A stretch of DNA of 30,867 nt from Synechococcus sp. (GTDB lineage: Bacteria > Cyanobacteriota > Cyanobacteriia > Thermostichales > PCC-7336): NCBI GenBank assembly GCA_051439605.1, contig JBFRWN010000018.1, positions 1 to 30,867 of the forward strand, given 5' to 3'. This document shows, piece by piece, positions 17,618 through 27,423 of this stretch. The notes under the pieces were generated by a model, which had not been told where the DNA came from, did no database searches, and saw only the letters and a list, made by a program, of their open reading frames with translations. The position numbers were made by a program, and so were the translations under genes. Numbering within the stretch: position 1 is the first letter of the stretch; the number at the start of each line of letters is the position of its first letter.

Positions 17618-18496
17618 CTAGCGTTCACCAGCAAGTTCGATGAGCTGTCGAGCAAAGTGACCGTGAAGCGTGTGGCTGGCTTTATAGGCCAAAAAATGAG
17701 CTTGCCAACGGACACCTGTCAAGCTGAGATCGCCTAATAAATCTATCAGTTTATGGCGCACGGGCTCGTCATCAAACCTTAGCGGTGTCAACCACTCATC
17801 CTCGTTGCAGACGATGGCATTGTCTAAGCTGCCACCCTTTATGAGTCCTAATTCCATGGCTTTGCGGGCATTGGCTTCGGTGGTGAACGTGCGGGCGGGG
17901 GCAATCTGCTGGGCAAAGGTGCCAGGGGAGTTCACCCAGCTATACCACTGCTCTCCAATTGGGCTATTGGGAAAATCGATTCCGTAACTGTAGCGGGTGA
18001 CGGGGCTGGGTACGGCACTCACAAAGGCCTCCCCTTCCCACAACGTGATGGGTTGCTCGATTGCGATCGCCCGACGTGCCCCCGATTGCCCTTGCAGCCC
18101 AACCTCTGCGATCGCGATCGCCCAGGGTTGTGCCGATCCATCCAAAATCGGTACTTCAGGGCCATCCAGCTCTACCTGACAATTATCCACCCAACATCCA
18201 GCTAAGGCTGCCATCAGATGTTCGATGGTGCGCACCTGAGCCTCCCCCTGCCGCAACAGAGTGGATAATTGAGCGGGAGTAGCGCAGTCAAGACTTGCCG
18301 TTACCCCAGGCTGTGCGGGGAGATCGGTGCGCACGAAGCGGATGCCGCTATCAACCGACGCTGGATTGAGGCGGCAATTCACCATAGCTCCACTGTGCAG
18401 GCCCACCCCCTGTAATTCCACAGATCTCGCGAGGGTTTGCTGGCATGGGGGACCTGAACCGGAAGACAGTTCGTTGCGGGACTCGCTGGAGGTCAT
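17618..18496 (-). CDS. lpxC: UDP-3-O-acyl-N-acetylglucosamine deacetylase
   Basis: QQTL...GVGLHSG, TIEHLMAAL, EVPILDGSA, IAPARTF, GGSLDNA and RHKLIDLLGDL. The real start must be downstream of the tRNA (ATG 18496). Confidence 0.95.
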   Translation of the reverse strand: MTSSESRNELSSGSGPPCQQTLARSVELQGVGLHSGAMVNCRLNPASVDSGIRFVRTDLPAQPGVTASLDCATPAQLSTLLRQGEAQVRTIEHLMAALAGCWVDNCQVELDGPEVPILDGSAQPWAIAIAEVGLQGQSGARRAIAIEQPITLWEGEAFVSAVPSPVTRYSYGIDFPNSPIGEQWYSWVNSPGTFAQQIAPARTFTTEANARKAMELGLIKGGSLDNAIVCNEDEWLTPLRFDDEPVRHKLIDLLGDLSLTGVRWQAHFLAYKASHTLHGHFARQLIELAGER

Positions 18497-18591
18497 AGGA
18501 ATCGTTGAGCGGGATAGAAAGGGTTTCTTTATTATCCCTCTTGCAAACCGTTGGGATTTGTCCCGGCGATCGGGTATTATGATTGTCCGCT

Positions 18592-18672
18592 GGGCGAGTG
18601 GCGAAATGGTAGACGCACCGCACTCAAAATGCGGCGGGGAAACCCGTGAGAGTTCGAATCTCTCCTCGCCCA
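18592..18672 (+). tRNA. trnL: tRNA-Leu (anticodon CAA)
   Basis: Acceptor stem GGGCGAG/CTCGCCC, D-loop with TGGTAGAC, anticodon arm CCGCA-CTCAAAA-TGCGG (CAA at 18625-18627), long variable arm, T-arm GAGAG-TTCGAAT-CTCTC, discriminator A. CCA is not directly encoded. Confidence 0.97.
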
Positions 18673-18704
18673 TCCATATCATCTATAGTGTTGGACCTAG
18701 GTCA

Positions 18705-20423
18705 TCAAGGGCCCGCTCTGATAGAAATGCTGTTGCCAACTGACGCCAGTTGGCGCTTATAGCGAGATTGGAATGAATTCTGACACTCTGAACTTGTGTG
18801 GCTTAGATCGTATAAGTAAACAAATGCACCAACCTCTCGAAAGGAATCTATTTGCTCGCCCATACAATTGAGGTAGTTCGTAACTAAGTCGTTTTCTTCA
18901 TCGATCCAGGCATGAGAAAACAGGACCCAAACACGTGGATTTCCGCGCAGCCGATCTAAGTCTTTGTAATAGCGAACGCGTTCTTCCTCCGAAACGCTGC
19001 GACCATCAACCTCATCTAGGTCATCTACGCCTAAACTATAATCCCCTGCCTCATAGCCATAGGTTTTGGCATAAAACTCAAACTGACGGATGCCCCTCTG
19101 ATAAACGTATAAAATATCTTCCGGCTCTTGATGCTGTTTGACATACTCAAGAACAGGCTTAATCTCCTCTCTATGAAATGGCCGATGAAATAAAGGCAAT
19201 GTATTTTGTAGGGGTTGGCTCAGTATCAAAATGGAGACGACAAACCCAATTCCTTTCAGGGGTAGGTTGTGAATCTTACACAATCGATACATCCCTTCTG
19301 CAATTAAAATCATGATAAAAGGAGACAGAAAGAAGACTAACCGGCCCTCGAATGGATACTTGCGCAAGAAGGCGGCAAATAGCGTTATCAAAATTGGGGA
19401 TAAGAGTATCAGCAGTTCGCCTGACTTCCGCTTTGCGAAAGAAAAACTCCCCATTATGAATGCGAAGAGTCGCAACAGCGCGATCGCAACTCCATACCCT
19501 ATAACTTCGTTTCCCGGATTGGCATAGCCGAGGGGTGTGTAAAAGAAGAGGCCAACTCTTTCAACCAGCCATAAGAGAATATCAATTGGATTGTATGAAT
19601 CCGGGTAGGCTCCCTTTGACTGCCACGAATTTTGAAGTGTTTCGTTAGAACTCAGATTCAGTACTGACAACAGATAGAACAGTAAGAAACTGACAAGCCA
19701 GCTTGCATAAATAATGAAGTTCTGACGGGTTAGCATTTGCCTTTGGACAACCCCAAGCAGATTTTTCAAGCTAATCCAAACTGAGTTAATCCTAGATTTT
19801 GAAGTGAAAAGAGGTCTCGTTTGATTCCAGTCTGTAACGATTAAGCTACAGGTAACACCCACCAGTACAAAAATAGCTGGATGAGAGAACCATACAAGAC
19901 TGAAACCAGCTACAAGTAGAATAATTCTGTTTGATGTAGAAAATCGATATTGCAGTTGTTTGGCAATCCAAAAGCAAAGCAATGCGATGGTTACATCAGT
20001 TGAGTACTGCTTGACCTCAGTTGAGAAATAAACGAAAGAATCTGAGAAACCCACCAGTACTAGAGCCATTAGGATGACATCGTTTGTCAGGTATTGACGG
20101 GCAATATAGTAGAAAATAACGAGTGTTGTAATTCCTCCGATCAGGGGGAAGAGTCGAAGTGCGTATTCATTTGCCCCTAATACCTGAGTTGCAAACTTCT
20201 CAAGCATTAGAAATCCAAAGGGTGCTCCCTGATCGTAATCTAGAGGTTGCAATAACTCACGGTAGGATCGATGGATAATATTTAATGCTAAGACAGATTC
20301 GTCAGCCCAAAGAGAACGATTAAAACAATACTGTATAACTCGAACAGCACTCCCGAGGAAAATAATAATAACAGCAAATTGCTTGAAGTTAACCAGTCTT
20401 TTCTCTTGGTTTTTTGTGGGCAC
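18705..20423 (-). CDS. GT-C fold membrane glycosyltransferase (GT39/ArnT/PMT-like), paralogue 2
   Basis: NRSLWADE, ALRLFPL, EVKQY, YPFEGRL and RGNPRVWVL. Colinear with 4643..6235 and visibly more AT-rich than its neighbours. Confidence 0.87.
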   Translation of the reverse strand: MPTKNQEKRLVNFKQFAVIIIFLGSAVRVIQYCFNRSLWADESVLALNIIHRSYRELLQPLDYDQGAPFGFLMLEKFATQVLGANEYALRLFPLIGGITTLVIFYYIARQYLTNDVILMALVLVGFSDSFVYFSTEVKQYSTDVTIALLCFWIAKQLQYRFSTSNRIILLVAGFSLVWFSHPAIFVLVGVTCSLIVTDWNQTRPLFTSKSRINSVWISLKNLLGVVQRQMLTRQNFIIYASWLVSFLLFYLLSVLNLSSNETLQNSWQSKGAYPDSYNPIDILLWLVERVGLFFYTPLGYANPGNEVIGYGVAIALLRLFAFIMGSFSFAKRKSGELLILLSPILITLFAAFLRKYPFEGRLVFFLSPFIMILIAEGMYRLCKIHNLPLKGIGFVVSILILSQPLQNTLPLFHRPFHREEIKPVLEYVKQHQEPEDILYVYQRGIRQFEFYAKTYGYEAGDYSLGVDDLDEVDGRSVSEEERVRYYKDLDRLRGNPRVWVLFSHAWIDEENDLVTNYLNCMGEQIDSFREVGAFVYLYDLSHTSSECQNSFQSRYKRQLASVGNSISIRAGP

Positions 20424-20644
20424 CTGAACTTATCCTGAACTGTATTGAAAGGAGTAAAAGAGTAAATATGCTGAAACTCTTGTAGAAAAAATATATTGGT
20501 TGACCTCCTACATCCATACCATACGGAGGACTGCTATAAAGACAGCACTCAGCCACTTTTCGGAGGTGGGTTAACTCCAGACGCGAATTGCCCACGAGGG
20601 ATCGCACTGAGGGGGGGAAGGAAGCTCATTTCAAGCTAGCGATG

Positions 20645-21694
20645 TTAGCAGTTCCCTTCGAAGCCTGTATTGGGAAGTTTGCTCGCTCGATCGAGCCAGT
20701 CATCCAGCTTGTTCTTGTCATCGGCAGCGCAGTAGAGATGGAGTCCAAAATCTCGCGAGAAATCTTGGCAGAAATGAATCCCCCGGACGCTATTTCCACG
20801 CTCGTCTAGGGCTGGAGAAAATACCCCTACCCCAAGCGTGTGGGGGACCACAGCGGTGATACCTCCCCCCACTCCACTTTTGGCAGGAATCCCTACCCGA
20901 TAAGCCCATTCCCCCGCATAGTTGTACATGCCGCAAGTGTGCATGATGCTCAATACGTCCTGGACGTATTCGCACTGCAACGCGCGCACCCCCGTAATGG
21001 GATTAATGCCAGCATTAGCCAATGTAGCCCCCATCAAGGCTAAATCGTGGGCAGTAACCAAAATGGAACATTGCTGAAAATAGAGATCGAGGGTCTCGTC
21101 GATTTTGTCCCCAATCATGCCAAAGTTATGCATGAGGTAGGCGATCGCCCGATTTCGGCTACCGGTTGCCCGCTCGGACAGGGAGACCGGCACGTCGATG
21201 TACATTTTGCGGCCAGTATAGCGCTCGAACATCTCCAAAACGCGCGTGAGCCGTTCCGTGCTGCCACTACCAGGAATCAGATCGGTGGTGGCGATCGCTC
21301 CGGCATTCACCATAGGGTTAAAGGGTCGGTTGGTGGCTCGATCGAGAACGATCGAGTTAAATGCCTCACCAGAAGGCTCCACACCCACCCTGGCCCAAAC
21401 GCGATCTCGTCCGCAAGTTTCCAGTGCCAGACCGTATAAAAAGGCTTTTGAAATCGATTGAATCGTGAACTGTTGCTGGCAATCCCCTACTTCGAAAATG
21501 CGGCCATCGGTGGTAATTAGAGAAATGCCAAACCAGTCAGGATTCGCCTTGGCCAGTTCGGGGATATAGTCCGCCATCTTTCCTTCAGTGACAGCTGAGT
21601 ATTGCTCGTGCTTCTGAATTAAGTAGCGTTCGATGTTGGGGGCTTTAGTAAGATCGCTGTCCAGGCAAGTATCTAACTGTTGGGTATGCGGCAT
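20645..21694 (-). CDS. glsA: Glutaminase A
   Basis: [19 protein letters not shown] (catalytic SxxK), [25 protein letters not shown] and [10 protein letters not shown]. Confidence 0.96.
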   Translation of the reverse strand: MPHTQQLDTCLDSDLTKAPNIERYLIQKHEQYSAVTEGKMADYIPELAKANPDWFGISLITTDGRIFEVGDCQQQFTIQSISKAFLYGLALETCGRDRVWARVGVEPSGEAFNSIVLDRATNRPFNPMVNAGAIATTDLIPGSGSTERLTRVLEMFERYTGRKMYIDVPVSLSERATGSRNRAIAYLMHNFGMIGDKIDETLDLYFQQCSILVTAHDLALMGATLANAGINPITGVRALQCEYVQDVLSIMHTCGMYNYAGEWAYRVGIPAKSGVGGGITAVVPHTLGVGVFSPALDERGNSVRGIHFCQDFSRDFGLHLYCAADDKNKLDDWLDRASKLPNTGFEGNC

Positions 21695-22057
21695 GGTTTC
21701 CCCTTAAAGATCGGGATAGGTAGATAAGCAGAAGAGTTACAGCAACCCTTAACGGCAGTGGGTGAATGCACGTGGAAGCGTCTGGCCTTTCGGTTGGAAT
21801 TCATCCCACACCGCTCTTCATGATGCCCCATTCCTGCCCATTTCAAGTGGTGGCAGCTCAATCCAGTCTATTGCTTGTGGGTCAAGGCAATTCCGTCAAG
21901 ACAACGCATGTTAGAGAGTACCCTTAACGCAAGTTATTGCCTCTGTTATGCAAAAAATGGATCCTTAATTATTATCTCGCTTTTCAATCCTGAACTCCAA
22001 GGATTAAGAACTGTCGATACAATAGGCTGTCAATTCCTCCAGTTGAATCGATTCGTT

Positions 22058-23005
22058 ATGGCTCAAAGTTCGCCACCTAGTATTCCACAGCCGTTAAAGG
22101 TGGGGAGTATTGTCTGCACTGCAATTCGACTGTATCGATCGCAATTTTCTCGCTATATTCTTATTGCCTTACGCGCCGTTGCCTGGCCCATTGCCACCAT
22201 CGTTGCCACAACCGTTGTTCTGGGAGGGATTGTTGCCCTGTTAGCAGCTCCACTGGATGCTCCCACCCCCTTCTTAGGGTTAGCAATTTTCGTTAGCGTC
22301 ATTGTATGGTGTGGGTTTTATCTCTATAGTTTTGCCAAATTTCTAGCGAACTCTGCTCTGATCTCAAAACTGGCCTTCAATCGGCTCACCCATAGTACCG
22401 ACTCTCCCCGTCAGGCCTGCGAAGGGATCAAGCCCAAAACTTGGGCATTTCTGCGCATCGCAATCTATGTAGGACTTCTATACCTCCTTGCCTATATTGC
22501 AGTGTCTACCGTCGGTAGTATTATCTTTATCATTCCGATTGGGATTCTATCGGGGATAGAGGCTTCCCCATCAGTATGGGCATTGATTGCTTTGTTGGGT
22601 CTACTTTACGTATTAGCCTCGATTGGTCTGTTTCTTTGGTTGTTTGCTAGATGGTTTATAGCAGAAGTTGTCTTAGCTATTGAAGACAATAACGAGGCTG
22701 GTGAAAGTATCAGTAGAAGTTGGATCTTAACCGAGAAATTCTCATTCAACGTGATTCTGATAATTGGAATCGGTTTGCTAATCGCCCTGCCTTTTCAAAT
22801 TATACAATTTGTAGTTGCATTTTTGCCGGAGATGGCAGTTGTAGGATTTGAACTTGATAATTATAGCTACCTTGTAGTGGTGGTTCTATCTACTTTGCTA
22901 AACGTTTTTCTCGGCTTAGCTCTGTTGCCTTTTTGGCAAGTACTGAAAGCAGTGGTGTATCTCGAATTAAAAGCCCGAAAAGAGGAACTCAATCCAGCGG
23001 TGTAA
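22058..23005 (+). CDS. Integral membrane protein (DUF975 / GDPD-membrane-domain-like family)
   Basis: PLKVG.IV..AIRLYRS.F..Y N-terminus, about 6 TM helices, EVVLAIE, SISRSW.LT and KAVVYLEL..RKE C-terminus typical of this cyanobacterial family. ATG 22058. Confidence 0.8.
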   Translation: MAQSSPPSIPQPLKVGSIVCTAIRLYRSQFSRYILIALRAVAWPIATIVATTVVLGGIVALLAAPLDAPTPFLGLAIFVSVIVWCGFYLYSFAKFLANSALISKLAFNRLTHSTDSPRQACEGIKPKTWAFLRIAIYVGLLYLLAYIAVSTVGSIIFIIPIGILSGIEASPSVWALIALLGLLYVLASIGLFLWLFARWFIAEVVLAIEDNNEAGESISRSWILTEKFSFNVILIIGIGLLIALPFQIIQFVVAFLPEMAVVGFELDNYSYLVVVVLSTLLNVFLGLALLPFWQVLKAVVYLELKARKEELNPAV

Positions 23006-23064
23006 TCAGTTCAATCTATCTAAAAAGAGTTGTTTGTTAACTGCAAAATTCTCTTCAAAGCAAA

Positions 23065-23949
23065 TTAATTCACAGGCTGCTCAATAAAATCGAGCCCCAC
23101 GTCCAACCAGGTTGCTTGCATGATGGGGGCACTGGTAGAGATGTAATCCACTCCTAACTCGGCGATCGCCCGTAGCCGATCGCGCGTAACGTTACCCGAA
23201 GCTTCAGTTTTGGCTCTCCCTGCAATGGCTTGGAGGGCGGCTGCCATCCCCTCCAGGGACATGTTGTCGAGCATGATAATGTCAGCTTGAGCCGCGATCG
23301 CCTCTCTAACCTGCTCAAGTGTTTCGGTTTCCACTTCGATGGGCATGGGATAGGGCGATCGCTCTCGAATGGAGGAGACGGCGGCGGCGATACTGCCAGC
23401 AGCCAAGATGTGATTGTCTTTGACCATAGCGGCATCATCCAAGCCGTGGCGGTGGTTCGTGCCGCCTCCGACGGCGAAGGCGTATTTCTCTAAATCTCGC
23501 AGACTGGGGCGGGTTTTGCGAGTATCCACCAATTGAGTGGGAAGATCGGCAAGCTCGTCCACATAGTGCTTGGTCAAGGTAGCAATACCGCTGAGATGCC
23601 CCAACTGATTGAGCACCACCCGCTCTCCCATCAGCAAAATGGCGGCGGGGGCGGTGATTGTTGCGAGGGAGGTGTTGGCAGGGTGGATGTCCCCCTCTTG
23701 AATGTGGGAGGTGAAGGTAATGTCTGGGCTGCCGTAAAGATGGGCAACTCGTTCCCAAATCGCACGGGCGAGGGATAACCCGGCGATGGTGCCCGAACGC
23801 TTCAAGATAATTTGCGCAGTCCACACCGGAGATTGAGCTGGATCGGGGAAGAGCCCCAACGTAGCGCGATCTCCTCTGCCCCAGTCCTCAATGAGCCAGG
23901 ATTGGATCTGTGGAGCAAGCAGGGTAGGGGGAGGCAGGGGGACAGTCAT
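23065..23949 (-). CDS. nadC: Nicotinate-nucleotide pyrophosphorylase (quinolinate phosphoribosyltransferase)
   Basis: WLIEDWGRGD, GERVVLN, DTRKT, NHRHGLDD..MVKDNHI, IEVETE, IMLDNM, EASGN and GVDYIS. Confidence 0.96.
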   Translation of the reverse strand: MTVPLPPPTLLAPQIQSWLIEDWGRGDRATLGLFPDPAQSPVWTAQIILKRSGTIAGLSLARAIWERVAHLYGSPDITFTSHIQEGDIHPANTSLATITAPAAILLMGERVVLNQLGHLSGIATLTKHYVDELADLPTQLVDTRKTRPSLRDLEKYAFAVGGGTNHRHGLDDAAMVKDNHILAAGSIAAAVSSIRERSPYPMPIEVETETLEQVREAIAAQADIIMLDNMSLEGMAAALQAIAGRAKTEASGNVTRDRLRAIAELGVDYISTSAPIMQATWLDVGLDFIEQPVN

Positions 23950-24044
23950 TAGGCAGACAGATTCGCAAGCAGGAAAGTAGATAGCGCCATTCCAGCGCCC
24001 CCCAATTTTGGGGAATGACCGTCAAGATCGCAATATCGATCGCG

Positions 24045-25334
24045 TTATTGCTCCACCCAGACAGATACCGACCGCCCTTGGCACAGAAATTCCCCCCATC
24101 CCCAGACATCCGTCACCACCGTCTGACTGACGTGACCCAAAGCATCCCGAAATTGGGCGTTGGCTCGATTGACGTACATCCACTTGCTGCCGCTAGTCCC
24201 ATTACTCATCAAAACGGCGATCGCGCGAGGATGCTCGGAGTTACCGAGTCGCGTCCAACCCACAACATTGCGATCGTCAAAATATTCTTTTTGATCGCCG
24301 TAGGCAGATTGCCTGCGCAGCTGCATGAGCTGGTTCAAGATCCATTGATGGGAATCCAAAACAATAGAATATGGCAGACCATCTCCTCCTATCCCCTCAT
24401 ACTGAGCCCCGTAATAGTCGGCGTAAAAAACGCTGGGGTAGCCGTCTTTTCGCAGCAGAATAAGGGCGTAGGCAAGGGGCTTAAACCAAGCCTCAACCAC
24501 AGAATCGTAAATTTCTAGCGGTTGGCTGTGGTGGTTATCCACAAACGTAATTGCCTGCAAAGGGCATTGTTGCACTAACGACCCTGCCAAAATTTGACTG
24601 AGGTCATAGTTTCGACCCGATCGACTGGCGTGGTGAAAGTTGTAATGCAGGGGTACATCCAATAGCGCAAGGCGATTATCTAATTCTTCCAAAAACCACT
24701 GCAGAGGCCCCGCGTCCCCCAGCCAATATTCACCGAAATGAAACAGCTTGCGATCGTCAACGTCTTGTGTCGTACTTTTCTGGACTGTAGGGGTTTGGGC
24801 TGAACTATGTTCAGAACAACTTTGCCGTTCTGTAGGACTAGGGAGGTGGCTTTCGTACTGGCTTAAGGAATAGAGCCAGCGATTGATAGTATCGAAAGTC
24901 AGGTCTATTGCCGCATCTAAACGAAACCCATCGACTCCCGTCACCTCTAAAAACCAGCAGCTCCATTCTTGTAACTGTCCCCGCAAGATCCCCGCCTCGC
25001 CGTGGAAAACGATATCGGCATACACCTGTATCCCTTTTGCCTGCAGTTGTTCTACAGTCGAGGCTAACCTGCCCCCGGTGCTGTACTGCAGCAGTGCTCC
25101 ACGGGGTCCAGAGGCGTCATGACCCCTTCTCAGCCATACATCTGGCAAGCAATCGTCCAGACCGTCCTGCTGGCTTACAGTGTATGCAGGGGGTAACCAA
25201 ACTGCAGAGAAACCCGCCCGAGAGATCGCTGGAATGCGATCGCACAACTCCGACCAAAACTTGAGGTCGACGGGGAGAAAGCCATGAAAATACTGCAGGA
25301 TAGTGCCGTTCGTTGGAGCCATGCGAGGGGACAT
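24045..25334 (-). CDS. Alpha-amylase (GH13, liquefying-type) homologue, degenerate: domain B missing and NHD changed to NHH
   Basis: NGTILQYF, AVWLPPAY, VYADIVF, GVDGFRLDA, GEYW, DVPLHYNF, AITFVDNHHSQP, WFKPLAYALILLR..GYP and C-terminal beta domain. The ORF is uninterrupted. Confidence 0.85.
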   Translation of the reverse strand: MSPRMAPTNGTILQYFHGFLPVDLKFWSELCDRIPAISRAGFSAVWLPPAYTVSQQDGLDDCLPDVWLRRGHDASGPRGALLQYSTGGRLASTVEQLQAKGIQVYADIVFHGEAGILRGQLQEWSCWFLEVTGVDGFRLDAAIDLTFDTINRWLYSLSQYESHLPSPTERQSCSEHSSAQTPTVQKSTTQDVDDRKLFHFGEYWLGDAGPLQWFLEELDNRLALLDVPLHYNFHHASRSGRNYDLSQILAGSLVQQCPLQAITFVDNHHSQPLEIYDSVVEAWFKPLAYALILLRKDGYPSVFYADYYGAQYEGIGGDGLPYSIVLDSHQWILNQLMQLRRQSAYGDQKEYFDDRNVVGWTRLGNSEHPRAIAVLMSNGTSGSKWMYVNRANAQFRDALGHVSQTVVTDVWGWGEFLCQGRSVSVWVEQ

Positions 25335-25531
25335 TCACTCAGCTACTCTGCTCAATTATTATCTCCGGTTGTCGAACTAGAGCCACTATCGTTGCACCTA
25401 CAACCCTCCTTTGGGGCGGGGATGTTCAAGCGCTCGAACAAACCCGATTGTCAAAGTACCGATCGCCATCCAGAAAGTGAGGTGGAATCCTTAAGGGGAA
25501 CGAGATAGAGTGAAGCCCTAACCCTCGGTCC

Positions 25532-26113
25532 TTGATGGAGACTGAGCCAGTGACGACTTCAACTGTCGAAATCTTGGATGCTGCTGAAGTGCGCCGCACC
25601 CTTACCCGCCTCGCGTCCGAGATCGTCGAACATCACCCCGATCTCAGCCGGATTGTCCTGTTGGGTATCCGTACCCGTGGAGTGCCGTTGGCCCATCGCT
25701 TGGCGGGTCAAATTCAGCGACTGGAAGCCAGCCAGCGGGGGGAAGACTTTAGCAGCATTACCGTAGCGGTGGGTGCCCTCGACATCACGTTCTATCGTGA
25801 CGATCTGGAGCGGTTGCACATGCGCACCCCCGACCCCAGCGATTTGCCCTGCGACATTACCGATCGCCAAATCATCCTAGTGGATGACGTTATTTACAGC
25901 GGTCGCACCATTCGGGCTGCTTTAGAAGCCATCAATGGCTTTGGCCGACCGGAATTTGTCCGTCTGGCAACCTTGATCGATCGCGGACATCGAGATTTGC
26001 CGATCCATCCCGATTACGTGGGCAAGGTTCTTCCCACCGCCAAATCCGAGAGCGTGCGGGTGCATGTGGCGGAGGTGGATGGAGAGGATCGAGTCTTTTT
26101 GGAGCGGGCGTAA
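25532..26113 (+). CDS. pyrR: Bifunctional pyr regulator / uracil phosphoribosyltransferase
   Basis: [47 protein letters not shown] and [16 protein letters not shown]. Confidence 0.96.
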   Translation: MMETEPVTTSTVEILDAAEVRRTLTRLASEIVEHHPDLSRIVLLGIRTRGVPLAHRLAGQIQRLEASQRGEDFSSITVAVGALDITFYRDDLERLHMRTPDPSDLPCDITDRQIILVDDVIYSGRTIRAALEAINGFGRPEFVRLATLIDRGHRDLPIHPDYVGKVLPTAKSESVRVHVAEVDGEDRVFLERA

Positions 26114-26148
26114 GACGAATGTCACTGAAATAGGCTCAATCAAGTTGT

Positions 26149-27282
26149 ATGAGAGATCGCACGATTAACCTCTCCATATCCAGTCTGCTGACAGTGTTTG
26201 TGGCGATCGCCAGCTGCCTGTTGTTGTGGCAGTTACGGGGAGTCCTCGTACTGCTGATGGTGGCGATTGTCTTGGCCACAGCCATTGCGCCGATCGTGGA
26301 TTACGGAGAACGAATTTGGCTGCCCCGTTGGTTATCGGCGGCACTATTTTACTTGTTTGCCATTCTGGTACTCGTCGGCGTGTTTCTGCTGATCGGCCCC
26401 CAGGTCTTCGAGCAATTGCAGCGGTTGATTCGGCAGGTGCCCATCGTCACCGAAAAGATTGTTGCCTTAGCCGAAGAAAAGCTCACCCCCGACGAATCTG
26501 CCGCCTTATCAGACCTAGTGCGGCAACTGTTCGATCTGCAAACCCTGACCCGCTGGACTATTCAAACCGGACAGGAGTTTGTGCTCAGGTCTTACAGCAT
26601 TACACGCGGCATTGTGGGGGCTGTGCTCAGCTTCGTGCTGGCGCTGTTCTTCTCGGGGTACATGCTGGCGGATAGCGATCGTCTGGTGCGGGGGCTATCG
26701 CAACTGCTGCCAGAACCTTGGGATAGCCGCATCCAGAGTCAAATGGGGGAGGTGGGCTACCGCATGGGGACGTACTTGCGGGGACGCTTGCTGGTGTCCA
26801 TTATTTTGGCGGTAGTGACCACGTTTGGTCTGCGCATGCTGGGATTAGCGGAATTCTCGCTGGCACTGGGGGCGATCGCGGGGGTGACCAACCTCGTGCC
26901 GTTTATTGGGCCCATCTTGGGGGCCATCCCTGCCCTAGTCGTGGCGATCGCTCAGGGGGGATGGTTGGTGTTGTGGGTGTTGATTCTGTATACCATCGTG
27001 CAGAACCTAGAAACTTACCTGCTCGATCCGCTGTTGGTGGGGTCGGCAGTCGGGGTGCATCCGCTGTATCAGCTTCTGTCAGTCATCGGGGGCGTGCAAG
27101 TTCTGGGTATTTTGGGGGCGGCGATCGTGCCCCCCTGGTTTGCTGGAGCCTCGGTGATCGTCGAAAATCTGTATTTGAAACCCAAACAAGAGGCGGCACG
27201 TCTGCGCAAACAATCCCCTAGTGGGGAGGTAACATCCCAAAACTCGACCTCAGATGACCAACTGGCTGATGTGGGTGCTTAG
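26149..27282 (+). CDS. AI-2E family (PerM/UPF0118) transporter
   Basis: Multi-TM protein with LATAIAP.V, YLRGR, NLVPFIGP, QNLETYLLDP and VGVHP motifs. Confidence 0.9.
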   Translation: MRDRTINLSISSLLTVFVAIASCLLLWQLRGVLVLLMVAIVLATAIAPIVDYGERIWLPRWLSAALFYLFAILVLVGVFLLIGPQVFEQLQRLIRQVPIVTEKIVALAEEKLTPDESAALSDLVRQLFDLQTLTRWTIQTGQEFVLRSYSITRGIVGAVLSFVLALFFSGYMLADSDRLVRGLSQLLPEPWDSRIQSQMGEVGYRMGTYLRGRLLVSIILAVVTTFGLRMLGLAEFSLALGAIAGVTNLVPFIGPILGAIPALVVAIAQGGWLVLWVLILYTIVQNLETYLLDPLLVGSAVGVHPLYQLLSVIGGVQVLGILGAAIVPPWFAGASVIVENLYLKPKQEAARLRKQSPSGEVTSQNSTSDDQLADVGA

Positions 27283-27299
27283 TTTGAGATGTTTATTAG

Positions 27300-27326
27300 G
27301 ACCTAATTGAAATGGGCACAGCTATA
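27300..27326 (-). repeat. Solo end of the 95-bp element family, sharing TATA with copy 1
   Basis: The reverse complement TATAGCTGTGCCCATTTCAATTAGGTC matches the left end of copy 3 (TATAGCTGGGACCATTTCAGTTAAGAC) at 22/27. Confidence 0.7.
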
Positions 27327-27417
27327 GTCTTTGACATTTTAGTTAGGACGACAGTTTCTATGCCCAGCCATAGATTGGGATAGCTAAAATGTCCTATGCG
27401 ACTTGACGGTCGCTACA
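27323..27417 (+). mobile_element. 95-bp MITE-like dispersed repeat, copy 1
   Basis: 83/95 ungapped identity to copy 2. Both ends read T(A/G)TAG-N16-TAGGAC from the outside in. Confidence 0.85.
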
Positions 27418-27423
27418 TATCAG

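Noticed and set aside
18497..18682. N-terminal extension of the lpxC ORF (354-aa call)
   Set aside because: It runs antisense through tRNA-Leu. LpxC homology starts after ATG 18496.
18850..18865. Possible att duplication of the tRNA 3' end (CTCGCCCAT)
   Set aside because: Only 9 nt, inside a CDS, with no integrase; consistent with chance.
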